Positions 41,964-51,309 of a stretch of DNA of 64,000 bases are shown here, piece by piece. Each line of letters opens with the position of its first letter. Position 1 is the stretch's first letter. The notes under the pieces were generated by a model. The model saw only the letters and a list, made by a program, of their open reading frames with translations, did not search any database and was not told where the DNA came from. The DNA comes from Candidatus Thorarchaeota archaeon. GTDB taxonomy: Archaea; Asgardarchaeota; Thorarchaeia; Thorarchaeales; Thorarchaeaceae. Location: positions 160,001-224,000 of the forward strand of contig RDOC01000002.1 in the NCBI GenBank assembly GCA_011364985.1. The letters are read 5' to 3'. The position numbers and the translations under genes are program-made.

Positions 41964-43292
41964 ATGAGTAAAGAAAAGGAGCACCTCAATCTAGTAGTAA
42001 TCGGCCACGTCGACCACGGCAAGAGTACGATGACCGGCCGATTGCTCTACGAGACAGGTGCTGTTGACGAACGAACCTTCCAGCAGCACAAAGCTGAGGC
42101 TGAGAAGCTAGGAAGGCCTTCCTGGGCCTGGGCTTTCGCGCTGGACAGGCTGAAGGAAGAGAGAGAACGCGGTCTCACGATTGACATTGCATTCTTCAAG
42201 TTCCTAACTAACAAATACTACTACACCATTATCGATGCCCCTGGTCATAAAGACTTCATTAGCGCTGCGTGATTTCCACTCAGCGGTGGAAAAAACATGA
42301 TCACGGGGGCCTCACAGGCTGATGTTGGTTTATTGGTAGTCAGCGCAAAGCGTGGTGAGTTTGAGGCTGGTGTTGGTCCTGGTGGACAGACAAAGGAGCA
42401 TGCTTATCTTGCTATGACCCTTGGCGTGCCAAGCCTTATTGTCTGTATCAACAAGATGGATGATGACAGTGTCAAATTCAGTGAAGACCGTTACAAAGAG
42501 GTCAAGGAAGAAGTCGAAGGTTTCTTGAAGAGCATTGGCTACAAAACTGAGAAGATTCCTTTCATCCCCACTGCTGCTGTTGATGCATGCAACCTGAAGG
42601 TGAAAACTCCTGAGAAGACCCCATGGTACAATGGTCCCTGCTTGCTGGAGGCTCTTGATGAGGTAGAGCTTCCACCGAAGCCAACCGACAAGCCATTGCG
42701 CTTGCCACTGAATGATGTCTACTCAATCAAGGGGGTTGGCACTGTGCCTGTTGGTCGTGTTGAAACCGGTATCATGAAAGTTGGCCAAAAGGTCATATTC
42801 ATGCCTCCAAATAAGACTGGTGAAGTCAAGTCCATCGAGATGCATCATGAACAACTCAAAGAGGCAGTTCCCGGAGACAACATTGGATTCAATGTCCGAG
42901 GTGTCGAAAGGAAGGACTTAGGTCGCGGTGACGTTGCTGGACCTGATAGCGATCCACCAACAGTAGCTGCTGATTACACTGGCCAAATAATGGTCATTCA
43001 ACATCCAACAGCTATTACTGTCGGTTACACTCCAGTCATTCATGCTCATACTGCTCAAGTTGCCTGTAGATTCGACCAGATTTTGCAAAAGCTTGATCAA
43101 CGCAGCGGACAGGTCATTGAAGAGAACCCAGACTTCGTTAAGAAAGGGGAGTCTATGATTGCCAAGCTAGTGCCTCTCAAGCCGATGTGCATTGAAACCT
43201 ACAAGGACTTCCCACAGCTCGGCAGATTTGCTGTTCGTGATATGGGCATGACCGTTGCGGTTGGTGTCGTGACCAAGCTCACAAAGAAGTAG
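41964..43292 (+). CDS. tuf: Elongation factor 1-alpha, join(41964..42261,42292..43292), 432 aa
   Basis: [35 protein letters not shown]; interrupted by a 30-nt BHB intron. Confidence 0.96.
42262..42291 (+). other. 30-nt BHB intron in EF-1alpha mRNA
   Basis: Helix TCAT/GTGG, bulges TA^G and AA^A, intron stem CGCTG/CAGCG; contains in-frame TGA. Confidence 0.9.
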
Positions 43293-43310
43293 TTCAACAT
43301 ACAACCAGAA

Positions 43311-43350
43311 GAACCGGGTCGCAAGACCCGTGTTCATTTCTCTTTCTTTA
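43311..43350 (+). terminator. Hairpin plus pyrimidine tract after EF-1alpha
   Basis: gaac-cgggtc-gcaa-gacccg-t-gttc then tttctctttcttt. Confidence 0.7.
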
Positions 43351-43443
43351 TAGAACCATTCTCGGACAATGGGTTCGAGGCAAAAGGTGATTAGATGCCA
43401 ATCTCATCATTAGCTTAGGTTCAGCAACACGGAGAAATACCTG

Positions 43444-43869
43444 ATGATGGAAGATGACTCCTATTTCTATCCCAATAATCAACAAGGACCTTCAAGTAAT
43501 ACTGGCAGATGGATAGTATTCGCCACCGTTACAGCGCTTGCAATCATTCTGACACTAGCCATGCTTTCTATCACAACAGCTGAGAACTACCTCTACGCCA
43601 TTTTTGGGATTCTTCCTATGATAGCCTTTCTCCTATATGCGGCATACAAATGGGCTCAGGGGCGCTCAATCGCACCTACAGATATTCAAGAAGATGACAA
43701 AATCTTCAATCACATGAGACGCCATGCTCTACCAGCAGAACACGTTGGAGATCTGGATATGTATCGCTGTCCTGACTGTGGTCTTTCTTTCGAGTTGAGC
43801 AATGCAGTAGTCGTTGATGACAAAGTTGTGAATTGCCCCTTTTGCAATACAAGATTGTACATCGAATGA
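43444..43869 (+). CDS. Two-TM membrane protein with C-terminal Zn ribbon
   Basis: CPDCG..CPFCN. Confidence 0.75.
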   Translation: MMEDDSYFYPNNQQGPSSNTGRWIVFATVTALAIILTLAMLSITTAENYLYAIFGILPMIAFLLYAAYKWAQGRSIAPTDIQEDDKIFNHMRRHALPAEHVGDLDMYRCPDCGLSFELSNAVVVDDKVVNCPFCNTRLYIE

Positions 43870-43908
43870 TGTCCTATATCATGACCTACGTTTTGGCATT
43901 ACTTCCAT

Positions 43909-43963
43909 AGTCACAAATTGTGACTCCAGCTTGTGACCCCACATTGTGGCTTCGCTATATATA
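43909..43963 (+). promoter_or_regulatory. Candidate operator repeats plus TATA box
   Basis: Palindrome agtcacaa-a-ttgtgact; TTGTGRC at 43918, 43931, 43945; TATATATA 43956-43963. Confidence 0.6.
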
Positions 43964-43995
43964 CTGATTCTGAGCAGTATTTCTTGTGAACTATT

Positions 43996-44097
43996 ATGGC
44001 TCTAGCAGCTAATACCCGGATTTCATTCGTGAAGAAGAACACTACCAAGGTCGCCTCGACCGATGCCCTCTACCAGGCGTACCTGTATCGGAGGTAA
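43996..44097 (+). CDS. Small peptide 1 (33 aa)
   Basis: MALAANTRISFVKKNTTKVASTDALYQAYLYRR; paralogous to the next ORF. Confidence 0.7.
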   Translation: MALAANTRISFVKKNTTKVASTDALYQAYLYRR

Positions 44098-44103
44098 ATC
44101 ATC

Positions 44104-44199
44104 ATGGCACTGGTTAAGAACACCAAGGACGCTAAGCGCAAGTATCTTGCAGCGAAGATCTCCACTGACGCTATCACTCATGTCTACTTCATGAGGTAA
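44104..44199 (+). CDS. Small peptide 2 (31 aa)
   Basis: MALVKNTKDAKRKYLAAKISTDAITHVYFMR; GGAGGT SD upstream. Confidence 0.75.
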   Translation: MALVKNTKDAKRKYLAAKISTDAITHVYFMR

Positions 44200-44212
44200 T
44201 GAGGCGGCACCC

Positions 44213-45556
44213 TTGCTATCATCTAGCTCAAATGAAAGCGGTTCCTTCAGACATGTTCTGAGGAACCATGATTATGCACGCCTATGGACTGGGCAGCTAG
44301 TTTCTAACATTGGAGCGGCCATTAGTTCATTAGCACTTCTATTCTATGTTTATCAATTGACCCAGTCTCCCATGGCAATGGCCATATTGGCAATTGTTGA
44401 AACAGCACCAGTTGTGATGTTCGCCGGATTTATAGGCGTCTACATCGATCGTTGGGATAGAAAGACAATCATGATTGTTTCCGACGTTGTTCGTGCAGTT
44501 CTGATTCTTCTTATCCCACTCGCTGGATTTCTTTCCCAAATCATGCCCGCAATCTACTGGGTCTACCTATTCACCTTCCTTTATGCAATAGCAAATGCTT
44601 GGTTCTATCCCGCACGAAATGCTTCAATCCCTAATCTAGTGGAATCAGAGGAGTTGGTCACTGCAAATTCTCTCTCACAGATGACATTTCAAGTGGTCCA
44701 GCTGGCAGTTCCACCTATTGGAGGTGTTCTCGTAGCCCTTCTAGCCCCCAATTATTTTCTTGCATTCGCCATCAATTCCTTGACCTACATCATCTCTGCG
44801 ATAGCATTGCTGAACATTCGTACCTCCCTCTTTCCAGAGGGCATTCCTTCAGAGGAGGAATCTGTTAGCAGGCAAGTTTTGGAGGGTGCCAAATTCGTTT
44901 CTGGTAATATTATTCTTCTCTATCTCTTCGTATTTGCAATCTTATTAGCTTCCTCCTCAGGTATTCTTAATGCTCTATTACTCCCTCATCTTGAGAGTCA
45001 GGTCGGAGTCACCGAAATGGAGTTTGGAATAGTTCTAAGCGCTGGGGCGGCATCCGGTACATTGGTCGCCTTTCTTCTAGGTAAGAAAAAGCGTTTACCA
45101 TACCCTCTCTATATTGTCGCAAGTTCTGGGTTCGTCGCGGGAATAGCCGTGTTCGGGCTTGCTTCAGCGCAGACTTTCTGCGCCATCATTTTTTCTTGGG
45201 CGCTAATTGGCTCCGTAGATGTGATGATTAACATTCCACTTGGAACGTTGATGCAAGAATTAGTTCCGGACAATTATAGAGGACGAATATTCGCTCTTCT
45301 CAATGTCGTCTTCACGGCAATTCAGGTTCTTGGCATGGCAATTGGCGGTGTGTGGGCCGAAGCAATTGGCTCAACCGTGCAACCACTTTTCGCTGCTGCG
45401 ATCGCACTTGTCTTGGTTTCATTGTTAGGCATTTTCGCTGTAGCCAAAGCCAGACTTCATATCACATTAGATATCATGCTGCAAGACCCGGAATCAGAAA
45501 AAGTTGCTAGAGATGAAATCGAGTCTTCAGAGGTCCTGCTTGAAGTGAAAGGTTAA
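44213..45556 (+). CDS. MFS transporter (DHA3/macrolide-efflux-like)
   Basis: LWTGQLVSNIG, GVYIDRWDRKTIMIVSDVVR, VPDNYRGRIF. Confidence 0.9.
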   Translation: MLSSSSNESGSFRHVLRNHDYARLWTGQLVSNIGAAISSLALLFYVYQLTQSPMAMAILAIVETAPVVMFAGFIGVYIDRWDRKTIMIVSDVVRAVLILLIPLAGFLSQIMPAIYWVYLFTFLYAIANAWFYPARNASIPNLVESEELVTANSLSQMTFQVVQLAVPPIGGVLVALLAPNYFLAFAINSLTYIISAIALLNIRTSLFPEGIPSEEESVSRQVLEGAKFVSGNIILLYLFVFAILLASSSGILNALLLPHLESQVGVTEMEFGIVLSAGAASGTLVAFLLGKKKRLPYPLYIVASSGFVAGIAVFGLASAQTFCAIIFSWALIGSVDVMINIPLGTLMQELVPDNYRGRIFALLNVVFTAIQVLGMAIGGVWAEAIGSTVQPLFAAAIALVLVSLLGIFAVAKARLHITLDIMLQDPESEKVARDEIESSEVLLEVKG

Positions 45557-45566
45557 AGCTGGACCC

Positions 45567-45603
45567 GGGCGAGAAGGTCAAAGTCAATCTTCTCGCCCAT
45601 TTA
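45567..45603 (+). terminator. Hairpin after the MFS gene
   Basis: gggcgagaag/cttctcgccc 10-bp stem then attt. Confidence 0.55.
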
Positions 45604-45714
45604 ATTCCAGTAGTATAGTTTCCAGTCTTTCTGGACTGAAGAATCTTTAAGTAAGCCTCCTCGAAAAGGCCCAGTCATTCTTCACATTGATACCCAAGAA
45701 GGCGCATTAATCCA

Positions 45715-47514
45715 ATGCCAAGGACGGGAATTCTTAACGAACGCTTGATGCTTTACATTCTTGCTGGAGTTGTTGGTCTTGCTTCAGGCCTGACAGCAGT
45801 ATTGTTCAGGTGGCTCGTTTTGGGTGTAGGTACATTATTTGCTACAATTCCTGTGTTATTTGGTCCGATTGGGTGGATTATTGCACCTATTGTTGGAGGA
45901 TTTGTTGTTGCAATAATTGTAGTCAAGTACGCGCCGGAAGCCAAAGGTCACGGAGTTCCTGAGGTCATGGTTTCTTACTCAACGCAAGGCGGCAAAATGC
46001 GTGTACGTGTCCCTCTTCTGAAGAGCATTGCTTCTGCATTCAGCATTGGATCCGGAGGATCTTGTGGCCGTGAGGGTCCTATTGCTCAAATCGGAGCAGG
46101 ACTAGGTTCTACAATTGCTGGCATGGCAAATATGAATCGAAGGCAAACAAAGACACTGCTTGTTTGTGGACTAGCATCTGGAGTGTCGGCCACATTCAAT
46201 GCCCCTCTTGGAGGTATGATATTCGGAATAGAGGTAATTGCAGGCGGTATTATCGGTTTTTCAATTATACCCGTTATTCTTTCTTGTGTAGTAGCTACTG
46301 CTGTTTCATTGTCAATTCTTGGTGCAGAAGTTTCCTTTCAGGCACCCTATTTTTCTTTGCAGACTCCCCTTGAGCTTGTGTTTTACCTAATACTTGGTCT
46401 TTTACTTGGCATTGGTAGTGTCCTATGGGCTCGTGGGTTCTATAAGATAGAAGACGTACTTGATAAACTCCCGGTTTCCAAGTATTTGCTACCTGCAATT
46501 GGCGGCTTTCTCACCGGAGTTCTTCTTCTTCTCACCATCTATCTTGAAAGCGTCTTTGACTATAGCGGTCTATTCCGACCTGAAGAACCATACTTCCCAG
46601 CAATAGGAGGCATAGGATATGCTTTTACCGATGCAGTTCTTATTGGAACTGTCACTCTTGTTGCTCTTCTCGCTTTTGGCTTTCTTAAAGCCTTGGCCAC
46701 ATCATTTACACTTGGCTCGGGTGGATCAGGTGGCATCTTTGCACCGACTCTATCCATTGGCGCTGCCTTCGGTGGTGCTTTTGGTCTAGTCTTTTCGTTC
46801 CTTTTTCCATGGGCTATCACTCAACCTATGGCTTTCGCTCTTGTAGGAATGGCTGCGCTCTTTGCAGGTTCTGGCAGAGCTCCTATTACTTGCATTGTCA
46901 TTATCATGGAGATGACCAATGATTATTCCCTTATCCTCCCGCTTATGATTTCCGTTTCAGCTTCCTTTCTTGTCGCCTCTCTCCTTGATGAAGAGAGCAT
47001 ATACACACTAAAGCTCACTCGAAGAGGTATAATCATCCGGCAGGGGACTCATGTTGGAACTCTCAAAGCTATTGGAGTCGAAGAAGTAATGACTAAGAAC
47101 CCAACAATTCTACGACCTTCAATGTCTAAGCAGGATGTTCTGAACATTATCGACAAGACTCAGCACACCAAATACCCCGTTGTTGATATGGATGGAAATG
47201 TAATTGGAACACTAATTACTGAAGATTTGTATCACGAGGTAGAAGAAAGCACCGAACAAACCGTGCAACAATTGATGAATCCGAACTTTCTGCATCTTGC
47301 ACCGTCTTCTACTATGGACAGTGCCTTGAGTGCAATGATGGAAAGAAATGAGGGCCATGCTGTGATAGTCAATCCAAGTGCCCCAGCAAAAATGCTCGGT
47401 TTTGTTACCAAGGCAGACGTTCTTCGCGCCTATGAATTGGCAATCTTTAGACTTCAGCAACAAGGTTATGACATAGATGAAATTGGACCCGCTGAGATTA
47501 TTGATGTGGCATAA
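45715..47514 (+). CDS. CLC chloride channel/antiporter with CBS pair
   Basis: GHGVPE, GREGP, GGIFAP, EMT, IY; C-terminal CBS. Confidence 0.95.
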   Translation: MPRTGILNERLMLYILAGVVGLASGLTAVLFRWLVLGVGTLFATIPVLFGPIGWIIAPIVGGFVVAIIVVKYAPEAKGHGVPEVMVSYSTQGGKMRVRVPLLKSIASAFSIGSGGSCGREGPIAQIGAGLGSTIAGMANMNRRQTKTLLVCGLASGVSATFNAPLGGMIFGIEVIAGGIIGFSIIPVILSCVVATAVSLSILGAEVSFQAPYFSLQTPLELVFYLILGLLLGIGSVLWARGFYKIEDVLDKLPVSKYLLPAIGGFLTGVLLLLTIYLESVFDYSGLFRPEEPYFPAIGGIGYAFTDAVLIGTVTLVALLAFGFLKALATSFTLGSGGSGGIFAPTLSIGAAFGGAFGLVFSFLFPWAITQPMAFALVGMAALFAGSGRAPITCIVIIMEMTNDYSLILPLMISVSASFLVASLLDEESIYTLKLTRRGIIIRQGTHVGTLKAIGVEEVMTKNPTILRPSMSKQDVLNIIDKTQHTKYPVVDMDGNVIGTLITEDLYHEVEESTEQTVQQLMNPNFLHLAPSSTMDSALSAMMERNEGHAVIVNPSAPAKMLGFVTKADVLRAYELAIFRLQQQGYDIDEIGPAEIIDVA

Positions 47515-47887
47515 TCGGTAGAACAAACACATCTCAAAAGAAGACCAAGCCTTAGCGTTCTTACATGAAATGTGAATTGAATCTGACACAGTCTTCATGA
47601 GAAAGACCCCTCGCAATTCAACGATTCATGCTGGTTTGTTCTTAGCCTTCTTGATGTCCTGCTCTTTCGATGTAAACTTTGCTAGATTTCTGATGAACTT
47701 TCAAGCCATCTTTGGGATCATGGTAACGATTTCTTTTTCTTTGGTAAAGCGTTTGATACTTCAATTTTGAGTCCATTATCTCGATAATTTACCAAGTCTC
47801 AATTCACTAAATGTTTCAAGCAATTCTCTGCGAGGATTCCATTTCTTACGACCCCATTCTGGTATATTATTATCTTCAAGTGAAAAA

Positions 47888-48118
47888 CGGTCTAAGACCT
47901 TTTTCCACAGGGGAAATTCCAAATCGGGTTGTAGAGAGTCCATCGTTGGTCATACTGCTCAGACGAGTCTTCTCAGTTTCAGTGATAAATCTGGAATGAG
48001 TGGTAATGACCCAATCGTGGAAAGAACTATGGAAAAACTCTTTGTGACTGAGAGTGATGCCTCAGCAGCAGTATAGGAGAAGGAAGCCGGATTTGCAGGA
48101 GGGATTGCATCCCGATGA
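47888..48118 (+). pseudogene. tnpB: Extreme C-terminal remnant of a third tnpB copy
   Basis: RESIVGHTAQTSLLSFSDKSGMSGNDPIVERTMEKL..*EKEAGFAGGIASR aligns to the tails of both other copies. Confidence 0.75.
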
Positions 48119-48258
48119 GTGTGGACAATGCCTTCGCCATTTCTCAGATAATACTGGGTGTTGCGTTGACGCTCGTCTAAGGAAGGGGAGGACACAGAAG
48201 TTTCGATAGTCGGAGTTCACTCGACTTGTAGAAACAGGCCAGGTCTTGGTAAGAAATC
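48119..48258 (+). ncRNA. Putative omega/re-RNA scaffold plus guide, copy 3 (orphan)
   Basis: gacaatgc, acacaga, gtttc..gttcactc..gaaacagg blocks as in copies 1 and 2. Confidence 0.55.
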
Positions 48259-48307
48259 AATGAGAGAATTCAGTTGAACTACTGACTGTATATTGACAGA
48301 AGGAAAA

Positions 48308-48450
48308 TGGCGCTGAGGGAGAGATTTTCAATTCTCGTAGAAACCATGAGAATCTTTGAACTCTCGAGTGCATAGCACACTGGATGTTTGCTGAACTGCT
48401 ACAAGCAATCAATAGCAATCCAGCGCCATACCAGGCTTGGCTACCTCAGC
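48308..48450 (-). tRNA. tRNA-Ser(GCT) with introns at 37/38 (48386-48412) and 59/60 (48325-48354)
   Basis: GCTGAGG/CCTCAGC, G73, CCA, long variable arm; BHBs TTGC/GCAA and TTCA/TGAA. Confidence 0.95.
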
Positions 48451-48666
48451 ATAGATAATCTGTTGGAGAACTCATTTCTCTCATAAAGATTGTGACCAAG
48501 TATCTGGAGGTTCTAGGCCCCTCTCAAGTGGAGTTCATCCTCTTCAGGGATTAAACATATCAAATTCGAACTGGACGATCCAGTTGATCGGGGTCTTTAT
48601 CTACATTGCTTTAGATAGACTTATTCTAGCACCAAGTTAAAGAAAGAGGTGCATTAATGACGACCA

Positions 48667-50469
48667 TCACATGATATCTATCGTTTCAAGAGGATCGATT
48701 GCTTCTACTGGTTCTCCCGCTTCCTGCAATCTGACAATAGCAATTTGATAAGCTCTAAGTACGTCGGCCTTGGTGACAAAGCCAAGCATCACATTAGGAA
48801 CTCGTGGATCCACAACTACTGCATGCCCTTCGTTTCTTTCAAGCATTCCACGTAGAACACTGTCCATCGTGCAGTCAGGACCAATATGGAGAAAATCGGT
48901 ACTCATCAAGTCCTTGACTTGGTACTGCTTGTTCTCGTCTTCATTCTCTGGAAACAGATCTTCTGTTATGAGGCAACCTACAACAACCCCTGTCTTATCT
49001 ACAACAGGGAATTTTGTATGCTGCGTCTTATCTACAATTTTCAGAACCTCTGCTGTGGTCATATCAGGTGATAAAACGGTGGGGTTCTTAGTCATTACCT
49101 GATCCACTCTTATTTCTCGTAGGGCACTGATATAATGCCCTCTTCTTACATTAATGCCTCTACGGGATAGTTTCAACGTGTACAGACTCTCTCTTTCAAT
49201 AAGAGAGGATACAAGAAAGGAGGCTGAAACCGCTATCATGAGGGGAAGAATCAGAGAGTAGTCGTTGGTCATCTCCATGATAATGACAATGCAAGTAATA
49301 GGAGCTCTGCCAGAACCTGCAAAGAGCGCAGCCATTCCTACCAATGTATATGCCATTGGCTCAGGAACTACGGTGGGAAAGAAGGTGTAGAAAAGGAGCC
49401 CGAAAGAGCCTCCTAACGATGCACCGATAAATAATGTAGGTGCAAAGACCCCACCTGATCCACCTGAACCAAGCGTAGCTGATGTCGCAAAGGCCTTTGC
49501 AATCCCGAATGCAGCCAATGCTACTAGTGACACAGTTCCTAGGAGACTTGCGTCTATGAATGCATATCCGACCCCCATTATTGCAGGGAAGTACGGTTCT
49601 CCAGGCTTAAACGCACCAACATATCCAACGGAATTCTCAATCATCAGGATGATTACTGCAAGTATTCCTACAACGAAGCCACCAATTGCTGGAATGGCAA
49701 GCCTAGGTCCTCTTAGCTTCTCAAACAAGTCCTCAACCTTGTAGAATCCGCGAGTCCAGATCACGCTGGCGACTCCAAGAAGTAATCCTAACATGAAGTA
49801 GAGAACCAATTCTAAGTAATTACTCATGACGAAGAGAGGTGCTTGGAACGAGGGCTGTGAGCCAAGAATGGTATCAACCACTGCAGTGGAAATAACCGAT
49901 GATATAATCACTGGGATGATGGAGAAACCTACAAGTCCACCAGCTATCACTTCGATGCCAAACAAGGTACCTCCAAGTGGAGTGTTGAACGTGGCCGCAA
50001 TACCCGATGAAACTCCACAAACCACAAGAGTTTTTGTTGTTCTAGTGTCACTCTTCAGTTTCATTGCAATGAAAGAGCCAACTCCGCCGCCAATTTGGGC
50101 GATCGGTCCTTCTCGTCCGCAGGATCCTCCAGATCCGATACAAATAGCAGAAGCAAGGCTCTTTAGGAGGGGAACCCTAAACCGAATTCTTCCTCCCCGT
50201 CGAGCATAGGCATCCATAATCTCTGGCACGCCATGCCCCCTTGCTTCTGGGGCATAGTTCACCACTATGAAGGCAACCAAGATGCCACCGAATGCTGGTA
50301 TCAGAAGCCATCCAAGCAAACCAATCGTTTGAGGCACAATTGCGAACAGAATACTGATTCCTAGAATTAACATTCTGAATCCGATTGCTACAAAACCAGA
50401 AACAACCCCAACGATTGCTCCCAAAATATAGACCTTCGACTGATAGCTAGTTATTGACCTCTGCTGCAT
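48667..50469 (-). CDS. CLC chloride channel/antiporter with CBS pair (paralog of 45715-47514)
   Basis: GHGVPE, GREGP, GGVFAP; long identical peptide stretches with the paralog. Confidence 0.95.
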   Translation of the reverse strand: MQQRSITSYQSKVYILGAIVGVVSGFVAIGFRMLILGISILFAIVPQTIGLLGWLLIPAFGGILVAFIVVNYAPEARGHGVPEIMDAYARRGGRIRFRVPLLKSLASAICIGSGGSCGREGPIAQIGGGVGSFIAMKLKSDTRTTKTLVVCGVSSGIAATFNTPLGGTLFGIEVIAGGLVGFSIIPVIISSVISTAVVDTILGSQPSFQAPLFVMSNYLELVLYFMLGLLLGVASVIWTRGFYKVEDLFEKLRGPRLAIPAIGGFVVGILAVIILMIENSVGYVGAFKPGEPYFPAIMGVGYAFIDASLLGTVSLVALAAFGIAKAFATSATLGSGGSGGVFAPTLFIGASLGGSFGLLFYTFFPTVVPEPMAYTLVGMAALFAGSGRAPITCIVIIMEMTNDYSLILPLMIAVSASFLVSSLIERESLYTLKLSRRGINVRRGHYISALREIRVDQVMTKNPTVLSPDMTTAEVLKIVDKTQHTKFPVVDKTGVVVGCLITEDLFPENEDENKQYQVKDLMSTDFLHIGPDCTMDSVLRGMLERNEGHAVVVDPRVPNVMLGFVTKADVLRAYQIAIVRLQEAGEPVEAIDPLETIDIM

Positions 50470-50846
50470 TGAATAACCATCCTTCTATTTAATAAGAACT
50501 GAATCTATAAGACAATCATTATACTATTCGTTGCGTTTCAGAAAATTGTCTCTTTAAGTGTTTCCGGAACGATTGAGTATCTAAGAAGCCTGCAGCAGTC
50601 TAAAGCATCTCAGTATAGAAACAGAAGCCGAATTAGTATGGGAACTTCTCAATAACAATGTGCAATTCTACGGCAAAGAAAGTGGACGCATTGAGAAGTG
50701 ATCCTCTCATATACATTGCATCATGTTGCCAAAACTAAGAATCTCTGGAGAAGACTGTGAAGCAACACATCCCTTGCTTGTCTATCATCTTCATTAATTT
50801 CGGTCATCTGTCCAACTTTTATATTGTTACTAGCACATCAGTTCCC

Positions 50847-51206
50847 ATGAACGATACTATCAGAGCTTATTGTGGACTCTGGTGTTCATCATGTCCTGCA
50901 TATCTTGCTTACATCAACGATGATGACAAGATTCGACAAGAAACTGCAGAGAAGTGGAATAGCCCTGACTTTCCAGTTTCTCCAGAAACCTTGGATTGTG
51001 CTGGATGCAAATCAGATGGACCACACTTCGCATTTGTTTCTAATTGCCCAGTCCATCAATGTGCCCACCAACATGGTGTGGAAACCTGTGCGCACTGTGA
51101 AGACTATGGATGCGATATCCTACAAGAATGGTTCGCAAAGGCTGGGGACGAGCACAGAAAGAACCTAGAGCGATATAGGGCATCTCTCGGTTTCCAGACA
51201 CCATAA
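50847..51206 (+). CDS. DUF3795-like Cys-rich protein
   Basis: AYCGLWCSSCPAY, CAGCK, CPVHQCA, TCAHCEDYGC. Confidence 0.85.
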   Translation: MNDTIRAYCGLWCSSCPAYLAYINDDDKIRQETAEKWNSPDFPVSPETLDCAGCKSDGPHFAFVSNCPVHQCAHQHGVETCAHCEDYGCDILQEWFAKAGDEHRKNLERYRASLGFQTP

Positions 51207-51309
51207 CATGCAAAACGGATTGAACATCACACCACGTTATGCTGAAATGTATTTGCTTTGGCTGTCTCTTTGTTTCACACAGCTTAAGCATAATACTCAA
51301 AACTGTCCA

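Noticed and set aside
41949-43292. EF-1alpha as a pseudogene, two separate genes, or selenocysteine read-through of the TGA
   Set aside because: Read-through would insert 10 residues into the invariant switch II region. Both halves are pristine, and BHB cleavage rules restore the exact consensus.
47530-47800. Possible remnant of the TnpB partner gene next to copy 3
   Set aside because: Only a faint resemblance (IKRFTKEKEIVTMIPK vs IRQFSDGRTKVIPK) amid stops; not supportable by eye.
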